Assembly (NCBI GenBank): GCA_046262595.1
Contig: JBHEMM010000047.1
Location: 353 to 14,437 of the forward strand
Direction of reading: 5' to 3'
Source of the DNA: Vulcanimicrobiaceae bacterium
GTDB lineage: Bacteria > Vulcanimicrobiota > Vulcanimicrobiia > Vulcanimicrobiales > Vulcanimicrobiaceae
DNA length: 14,085 nt
Notes under the pieces: model-generated
What the model was told of the DNA's origin: nothing
What the model saw: only the letters and a program-made list of their open reading frames with translations
Database searches by the model: none
Program-made: the position numbers and the translations under genes
Shown here: piece by piece, positions 8,243 through 14,085 of the stretch
Numbering within the stretch: position 1 is the stretch's first letter
Layout: each line of letters opens with the position of its first letter

Positions 8243-9041
8243 ACGCATCGCCGCCGCGTGGTTGGTGCTGATCGCCGCGGCATGCTTGGCCGGGCCTGCG
8301 CTGCTGCATTTGGACGCGCAGCACGTGGACGTCGCGCATGCGTATGCGGCCCCGGACGGCGCGCACGCGCTGGGCACCGACGGGCTGGGGCGCGACGAAT
8401 TGGCGCGCGTGCTTGCGGGGGGGCGCATTACGCTGCTGGTGGGCTTGGTTGCGGCAGTCGTGGCGATGTTCGCCGGCACCGTGTACGGCGCGGTGAGCGG
8501 CTTCTATGGAGGCTGGATCGACACCGTGTGCATGCGCGCGGTGGACGTGCTGATGAGTGTGCCGACCTTGTTTTTGCTGCTGCTTCTGGCCGCGATGTTT
8601 CACGGCAGTTTGGCCGCGCTGGTGCTGGTGATCGGTTTGACGTCGTGGCTTGGGCCCGCGCGCCTGGTGCGCGGCGAAGTGCTTACGCTCAAGGAGCGGT
8701 TGTTCGTCGAATCGGCGCGCGCGGCCGGTGCGGGCGATGCGCGCGTGCTGTTCGGGCACATCGTTCCCAACGCGTTCGGCACGATTGCCACGACGAGCAC
8801 GTTCACCATCGCGGCGGCGATGCTCGCGGAAACAGCGCTCTCGTACTTGGGAATCGGCGTGCGTGCGCCCAATCCGTCGTGGGGCAACCTCCTCTCGAGC
8901 GCGCAGAGCGACATTTTTGCCGGAGCGTGGTGGCTGATATTGCCGCCGGGCCTGGCGATTCTACTCAGCGTCTGCGCATTCAACTTCTTGGGCGATTGGC
9001 TGCGCGAGCGGGCGATACGCGCTTCGGGCGGCCTGGCGTAA
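8235..9041 (+). CDS. Oligopeptide/dipeptide-family ABC transporter permease (OppC/DppC-like)
   Basis: ATG 8235 overlaps the upstream gene by 8 nt. Motifs: HALGTDGLGRD, GGRITL, ARLVRGEVL, FVESARAAGA, HIVPN, ETALSYLGIG, PSWG, FNFLGDWLR. Confidence 0.93.
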   Translation: MIERIAAAWLVLIAAACLAGPALLHLDAQHVDVAHAYAAPDGAHALGTDGLGRDELARVLAGGRITLLVGLVAAVVAMFAGTVYGAVSGFYGGWIDTVCMRAVDVLMSVPTLFLLLLLAAMFHGSLAALVLVIGLTSWLGPARLVRGEVLTLKERLFVESARAAGAGDARVLFGHIVPNAFGTIATTSTFTIAAAMLAETALSYLGIGVRAPNPSWGNLLSSAQSDIFAGAWWLILPPGLAILLSVCAFNFLGDWLRERAIRASGGLA

Positions 9042-10699
9042 TGCGCGTCCTTAGGATGCCATCGGTTCTGGCAATCGTCGCGGTGCTGTTGACCGGCGGG
9101 TGCGGCGCGCGCGGTGCGGAGACCCGAGACCCGGATATGATTGTCGCGGGGTGGATCGCCGGTCCGGATGGGTTCAATCCGCTTACCGCGGTGGGCAGCG
9201 CGGCGCACATGGCGTACGATCAACTCTTCACGCCGCTGGTTGCCATCAATGGAACGCTGCGGCCGGATTGGGCGCTAAGCCTCGCGCAGCGCGTGGAGAT
9301 TCGCGACGGCGGCCGGCGCTACGTGCTGCATCTGCGGCGTAACGCGCGCTGGACCGACGGTGTGCCCGTTACGTCGCGCGATGTCGTCTTTTCGTTGGAA
9401 CTGGGCAACAACCCCGGCCTGCTCGAAGGCAACAGCAGCGACTTCACCTTGATGCAGTCCGTGCACGCGCTCGACCGTTACACCGTGGAACTGGTTCTTT
9501 CCAAACCGTCGCCCCCGTTTTTGGAAAATGCGCTCGGCGAAACACTGCCGCTGCCCGAGCACCTGCTCGGGAAATTTCCGCCGAATTCCGCGCAAGAAGC
9601 GGCGTTCGTCAATGCCGACGCCGATTTTGCGCAGCACCCCGTTACCGACGGGCCCTTCCGGCTGCTTCGCAACGTGCCGCAGGCGTATACGATTTTCGAA
9701 CGCAATCCGCTCTATTGGGCAGCGCCGACGGGGACGGCGCGCATTGCGTTTCGCGTGTACCCGCAGCAAGATTCGCTGTATGCGGCGGTCGACGCGGGTG
9801 AGATCGACGTCACCGACATTCCGCCGAACCTTTGGCGCGTGCATCAGCGGCTCCGCGGCGATCACCGGTTCGTCAACTGGCCGTGGAACGTGACGTTCTT
9901 GCTGCTGCCCAATTATCACGATCCGCAGATCGCGTGGATGCGCGAGCCCCGCGTGAAACAAGCGCTGATGTATGCGATCGATCGCGGTTTCATCACGCGC
10001 GGCATCATGAGCGGGCAAGCGGATATTTTGAACGGGCCCGTTCCAGCGTTCTCGCCGTATTACGATCGCAGCGTGCAGCGGTATGGATACGATCCGGCGC
10101 GCGCGCGGGCGATGCTGCAGGCGGCGGGATGGCGTCTGCGCGGCGGCGTGCGCGTGAAGAACGGTACGACGATGCGCGTCACGCTGAAGACGGGCGGCGC
10201 GACCGATGCGGTGGCCAGCAATATCGCCGAGCTCATCCAAGCGAACCTCAAAGCCGTGGGCATTGAGTGCGTTTTGGACAACGAAGAGATACAGACGTTT
10301 TTTGAGGACTTGCACGGCAGCCGCTTCGAACTTGCGCTGCGCGGCGTTATTTTGCTGCCCTATCCGGACGATTACAAATTTTATGATTCCACGCAGACGC
10401 GCGCGAACGGCGGATACAACTACGGCTTCTTCAGCAGCCGCGACATCGACCGCGCTATCGAAGACGCGCGAACGGCGCCCGACGCGGCGCGCGGGCGAGC
10501 CGCGCTCGACCGCTACCAGGAGCTGGCAAGCCGCGAGCTGCCGGTGCTGTATCTCTATTCGAACCGACTGGGCGCCGCGATACCGCGGGACCTGGGCGGC
10601 TTCGACCTCAACCCGCTCGCGCCGGCGGCGCTGCCGATGGGCATGCAGTTCTGGCAGATGCATCCGCGGGCGCCTGCCGCACGTTCTAAGGGTGCATGA
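9041..10699 (+). CDS. ABC transporter substrate-binding lipoprotein, SBP family 5 (OppA/DppA-like)
   Basis: TAATG coupling at 9039-9043. Lipoprotein-like signal [21 protein letters not shown]. Motifs: [62 protein letters not shown]. Confidence 0.92.
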   Translation: MRVLRMPSVLAIVAVLLTGGCGARGAETRDPDMIVAGWIAGPDGFNPLTAVGSAAHMAYDQLFTPLVAINGTLRPDWALSLAQRVEIRDGGRRYVLHLRRNARWTDGVPVTSRDVVFSLELGNNPGLLEGNSSDFTLMQSVHALDRYTVELVLSKPSPPFLENALGETLPLPEHLLGKFPPNSAQEAAFVNADADFAQHPVTDGPFRLLRNVPQAYTIFERNPLYWAAPTGTARIAFRVYPQQDSLYAAVDAGEIDVTDIPPNLWRVHQRLRGDHRFVNWPWNVTFLLLPNYHDPQIAWMREPRVKQALMYAIDRGFITRGIMSGQADILNGPVPAFSPYYDRSVQRYGYDPARARAMLQAAGWRLRGGVRVKNGTTMRVTLKTGGATDAVASNIAELIQANLKAVGIECVLDNEEIQTFFEDLHGSRFELALRGVILLPYPDDYKFYDSTQTRANGGYNYGFFSSRDIDRAIEDARTAPDAARGRAALDRYQELASRELPVLYLYSNRLGAAIPRDLGGFDLNPLAPAALPMGMQFWQMHPRAPAARSKGA

Positions 10700-11178
10700 G
10701 CGCAACGAGCGAGACGGCGACCTTCGCCGCAGGATGTTTTTGGGGCGTTGAAGCCGCGTTCCGGCAAGTGCCTGGCGTAAGCGAGGTGACTAGCGGATAC
10801 ACGGGCGGCAACACCGCGAGCCCGAGCTACGGCGAGGTCTGCAGCGGCACGACGAATCACGCCGAGGCGGTTCGCATCACGTTCGATCCGCAGCACGTTT
10901 CCTACGAGAAGCTGCTCGAGATTTTTTGGCAAATCCACGACCCCACGACCATGAACCGGCAGGGGCCTGACGTGGGGTCGCAATACCGTTCGGCGATTTT
11001 CGTGCACGACGAGTCACAGCGCGCGGCGGCGCTGGCTTCGCTCGAACGCGAGCAGGCGAATCAGAGCCGGTCCATCGTCACGCAAGTGACGGACTCCGGG
11101 CCGTTCTATGACGCCGAAGAATATCACCAACGCTACTTTGAGAAGAACGGCGGCGCGGCATGCCACATTCAACTTTGA
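10696..11178 (+). CDS. msrA: Peptide-methionine (S)-S-oxide reductase
   Basis: Catalytic GCFWG, plus [37 protein letters not shown] and a C-terminal Cys (ACHI). ATGA overlap with the SBP gene. Confidence 0.97.
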   Translation: MSATSETATFAAGCFWGVEAAFRQVPGVSEVTSGYTGGNTASPSYGEVCSGTTNHAEAVRITFDPQHVSYEKLLEIFWQIHDPTTMNRQGPDVGSQYRSAIFVHDESQRAAALASLEREQANQSRSIVTQVTDSGPFYDAEEYHQRYFEKNGGAACHIQL

Positions 11179-11636
11179 ACCGCGCTGCATGGCTGCGCGG
11201 TGCGGCACTTGCGGGCATTGCGGCCGTTGCCGGCGCGCGTTCGATTGCGCGCGCCGGTTCGCCGGCGGACGAACGGTGGCGCAAAGCGCTCACGCCCGAG
11301 CAGTATCACATTCTGCGCGAAGGCGGCACGGAAGCGCCCAACAGCAGCGCGCTCTTGAACGAGCACCGCGCCGGGACCTACGACTGCGTTGCGTGCAACT
11401 TGGCGCTGTTTTCTTCGAAGACGAAATACGACGCGGGCGAAGGCTGGCCTAGTTTTTGGCAGCCGCTCCCCGGCGCGCTCAAATCGCACGCCGATTACGA
11501 GCTGATCGACGAGCGCACGGAAGTGCACTGCGCGCGTTGCGGCGGCCACCTCGGGCACGTCTTCAACGATGGGCCGAAGCCGACCGGCCTGCGTTACTGT
11601 ATTGACGGCGTCGCGCTGAAGTTCATCCCGGCTTAA
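11175..11636 (+). CDS. msrB: Peptide-methionine (R)-S-oxide reductase with N-terminal export-like leader
   Basis: Motifs: [19 protein letters not shown] and CARC Zn-type pairs, [23 protein letters not shown]. The start is either TTG 11175 (TTGA overlap with the msrA stop) or ATG 11160. Confidence 0.95.
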   Translation: MNRAAWLRGAALAGIAAVAGARSIARAGSPADERWRKALTPEQYHILREGGTEAPNSSALLNEHRAGTYDCVACNLALFSSKTKYDAGEGWPSFWQPLPGALKSHADYELIDERTEVHCARCGGHLGHVFNDGPKPTGLRYCIDGVALKFIPA

Positions 11637-11679
11637 CCGGCGCTGGTCACGTCGGCGCGTACCGGCTCGTTGAGCCGAC

Positions 11680-13104
11680 ATGCAGCGACGTTTTAAGTTT
11701 CTTTGCCTGATGTTGGCATTTGCGCTTCCCTTACAAGGCAGCGCTTTGCCCGTGGAGCGCGCCAGCACCGTAAGCGCCCGCGAACTGGTGAATCTGACCG
11801 TTTATAGCGGCGGAACGGCGCTGGTGCACGACCGGCGGCGGGTCCGTTTGGACGAAGGCTTGAACCGGATTGCGTGGCGCGACGTCAGCGAACAGATCGA
11901 CGCCACATCCGCCTTGCTCGATAGTCCGCACGCGCCGGGCAGCTTACATGTGCTCGAACAGAACTTCGATTACGATCTGCTCGATCCGCAGGCGCTGCTG
12001 CGGCGCTATGTCGGGCACACAGTTACCGTTGTGCACGACGCGCGATTTGCCGGCGACCGTGAGACGCGCGAGCCAGCCAAAATCCTGAGTATCAACGGCG
12101 GCATCGTGCTGCAATACCGCGATCGCATTGAGACGCAAGTGCGCGGGCACATTATTTTTCCGGCCTCGCCGGCGAACTTCCGCGACAAGCCGACGCTGGT
12201 GCTCGACATTGCCAGCGGCAGTGCGGGCGTGCAAACGCTCGACTTGAGCTACTTAACCGGCGGTTTGAGCTGGAGCGCGGATTACGTGGGCGTGCTCTCG
12301 GCCGATGAAGCGCACTTGGCGCTCACGGGTTTGGTGACGCTGTCCAATACCAGCGGAACCGGCTACGACGGCGCCCATCTGCAGCTGGTTGCGGGGAACG
12401 TCAATATCGCGCGTCCGCCGACGCTTCCGCAGATGCGTACGATCGCCTCCGTTCAAAGCGACACGTATTCCGTCAACGTTCAACAGGAGAATTACTTCGA
12501 ATACCACTTGTACACGCTGGCCCGGCCGACGACGATTGCGGATAAACAAACCAAACAACTCTCGTTGCTGAGCGCGAAGGGCATTCCGGTTAAAAAGACG
12601 CTTGAACTGCGCGGCTCGCCGTCGTATCAAAGCGAAAACGCCGATTTGGGCGACCGCATTCCGGTGGGCGTCTACGTGACGTTCGTAAACGCGGGCGGCG
12701 ACCTGGGCATTCCGCTGCCGGGCGGTACCGTGCGGCTGTATAAGGCCGATTCGCGCGGGCTCACACAGTTTCTGGGTTCTGACACCATCACGCATACGCC
12801 CAAGAACGAGCCGGTGCGGCTGCATCTGGGCGATTCGTTCGACGTGACGGCGCGCAAGCGCCAGACGGCATACGAACAGAGCGGCGGATGCTCCAGCACC
12901 AGTTCCTACGACATCATCATCTCCAATGCGAAGGACGCCGCGCAGGATGTGCTGGTGGTCGAAACCATCGGCGGCGACTGGCGCATCCAAAGCGAAAACC
13001 TCAAGCACCGCAAGTCTTCCGCAACGAGCGCGAATTGGCTCGTGCACGCTGCTCCGGACGCGCGAGCGACGCTTTCGTACAGCGTGCGCGTGAAGTGGTG
13101 CTAG
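11680..13104 (+). CDS. Exported DUF4139-family protein (474 aa)
   Basis: Signal peptide MQRRFKFLCLMLAFALPLQGSA. Recognised family patterns: LTVYSGGTALVHDRR, VLEQNFDYDL, LSYLTGGLSWSADY, LQLVAGNVN, EYHLYTL, LGIPLPGGTVRLY, FLGSDTITHTPKNE. Confidence 0.8.
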   Translation: MQRRFKFLCLMLAFALPLQGSALPVERASTVSARELVNLTVYSGGTALVHDRRRVRLDEGLNRIAWRDVSEQIDATSALLDSPHAPGSLHVLEQNFDYDLLDPQALLRRYVGHTVTVVHDARFAGDRETREPAKILSINGGIVLQYRDRIETQVRGHIIFPASPANFRDKPTLVLDIASGSAGVQTLDLSYLTGGLSWSADYVGVLSADEAHLALTGLVTLSNTSGTGYDGAHLQLVAGNVNIARPPTLPQMRTIASVQSDTYSVNVQQENYFEYHLYTLARPTTIADKQTKQLSLLSAKGIPVKKTLELRGSPSYQSENADLGDRIPVGVYVTFVNAGGDLGIPLPGGTVRLYKADSRGLTQFLGSDTITHTPKNEPVRLHLGDSFDVTARKRQTAYEQSGGCSSTSSYDIIISNAKDAAQDVLVVETIGGDWRIQSENLKHRKSSATSANWLVHAAPDARATLSYSVRVKWC

Positions 13105-13111
13105 CGGTGCG

Positions 13112-13555
13112 CTAGAGGGCGCCACGGTTGGCGCGCGCGATAATGTCGTTCAACGTGACGATTTCGATCTTCGCTGATTCCCGGATGTACGAGCGGAATT
13201 CTTCGGACAGATAGAACTCGACCAAGCCCGCGCTGAAGCCGTCGCCGCCGATGACGATGTACGCTTTATCATAGACGGGACTCTCGCGCAGCGCGTGCAG
13301 CAGCTTAATGACCTCGAAGGGCACTTTTTCTTCGGCGCTGCCGGCGGTCTGCTGCCACTTGAGCGAAACCAAGAACGTACTGCCGTTCGGGCGCATGGCG
13401 ACGATGTCGGCTTTGTGTTTTCCGCCGCCGGGCTTGGAACCGACCAGCACTTGCTTTTGCACCGCGTAGCTGTTGTTGAGCAGCACCGCTTCGACGGTGA
13501 CTTCCAGCGTCGAACCGGTTTTCGTGCCCATGCTGCCGGGAAACAACATGCCCAT
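13112..13555 (-). CDS. Small PD-(D/E)XK-superfamily nuclease, putative restriction endonuclease (147 aa)
   Basis: ATG at 13555 overlaps the methyltransferase stop (TAATG); nearby in-frame ATGs are alternative starts. N-terminal G..LE helix, KADIV strand and variant SLKWQQTAGSAEEK motif, followed by AYIVIGGDG. Confidence 0.75.
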   Translation of the reverse strand: MGMLFPGSMGTKTGSTLEVTVEAVLLNNSYAVQKQVLVGSKPGGGKHKADIVAMRPNGSTFLVSLKWQQTAGSAEEKVPFEVIKLLHALRESPVYDKAYIVIGGDGFSAGLVEFYLSEEFRSYIRESAKIEIVTLNDIIARANRGAL

Positions 13556-14085
13556 TACAGGTTCCTGACGGCGAGCATCTCTTGCGCGTCGTCGCGGTTT
13601 CCATCGCAGCTGATACGCCTGGGGGCGGCGACTTTCTTCACCGTAAAACCCAGGCTGCGATAAAGTTCGAGCACGCGCGGCGTGGCTTGATTTGAGGCCA
13701 CGACGGGGCCCCGGTGCGCCGCAAGCCACTGCGCGAGGCGCTGTTGGTCGGGCCAGCTGAAGCCGCCCGCGAAATACGAGGTGAACTCCACGTCGTACGG
13801 CGGATCCGCGTAGACGAAATCGCCCGCGCGCACCGCCAGCTGCTCGAAGTCCGCGCAGATAAATTCATACGGCGCAAACGCGGCTTTAAACGGCGTGAAA
13901 TCACGGGTGTAATCGATGCGCTTGTAGCGGCCGAACGGGACGTTAAATACGCCGCGCGCGTTGAAGCGGCATAAGCCGTTGTAGCCGGTGCGGTTGAGGT
14001 AATAGAAGAGCGCGGCCGCTTCGGGCGCATCGCCGCTGCCTGCTTGCACCAGCTCGTTAAAACGCGCGCGGTTGTGGGCGTACAC
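13555..14085 (-). CDS. Dam-family (D12-class) DNA N6-adenine methyltransferase, C-terminal part (5'-truncated)
   Basis: Motifs: AALFYYLNRTGYNGLCRFNARGVFNVPFGRY, DFVYADPPY (catalytic DPPY at 13795-13806), VASN, RRIS. The frame is open to the window edge. Target specificity is unknown, so no symbol is given. Confidence 0.93.
   Translation of the reverse strand: MYAHNRARFNELVQAGSGDAPEAAALFYYLNRTGYNGLCRFNARGVFNVPFGRYKRIDYTRDFTPFKAAFAPYEFICADFEQLAVRAGDFVYADPPYDVEFTSYFAGGFSWPDQQRLAQWLAAHRGPVVASNQATPRVLELYRSLGFTVKKVAAPRRISCDGNRDDAQEMLAVRNL

Noticed and set aside
8258..9040. 261-aa N-terminal extension of the SBP ORF (813-aa call)
   Set aside because: It overlaps the OppC-like gene out of frame, has low-complexity Arg/Gly/Ala content, and the lipoprotein signal begins at ATG 9041.
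9275..10705. Long antisense ORFs (476 aa here; also 1595-2449, 3048-4037, 6214-7356, 12253-13125)
   Set aside because: These are shadow frames of GC-rich genes and have no recognisable motifs.
1..14085. CRISPR arrays, tRNA/rRNA genes, transposases, integrases
   Set aside because: No spaced repeats or recognisable motifs; nearly all sequence is accounted for by CDSs.

Overview
GC-rich bacterial window with an almost continuous + strand gene run. It starts with two tandem paralogous TonB-dependent receptor (TBDR)-like genes: the first is 5'-truncated, and each is followed by a 15-bp intrinsic terminator. Next come a secreted FN3-like/TIM-barrel protein, an Opp/Dpp-type ABC module (two permeases and a lipoprotein binding protein, no ATPase genes) translationally coupled to msrA and a leader-bearing msrB, and an exported DUF4139-family protein. 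Converging from the right is a coupled pair: a Dam-family (D12-class) adenine methyltransferase, cut by the window edge, and a small PD-(D/E)XK nuclease. The most notable observations are: (1) a TonB-box-like TIASV motif shared by TBDR2 and the DUF4139 protein; (2) conserved cysteine pairs and non-aromatic C-termini in both receptors; (3) a structured, attenuator-like leader before TBDR2; (4) coupling of the importer to Msr genes; (5) a minimal putative restriction-modification pair. The receptor style resembles Eremiobacterota/Vulcanimicrobiota-type diderms, but this is recollection and unverified. All family calls come from motif reading, not database searches.
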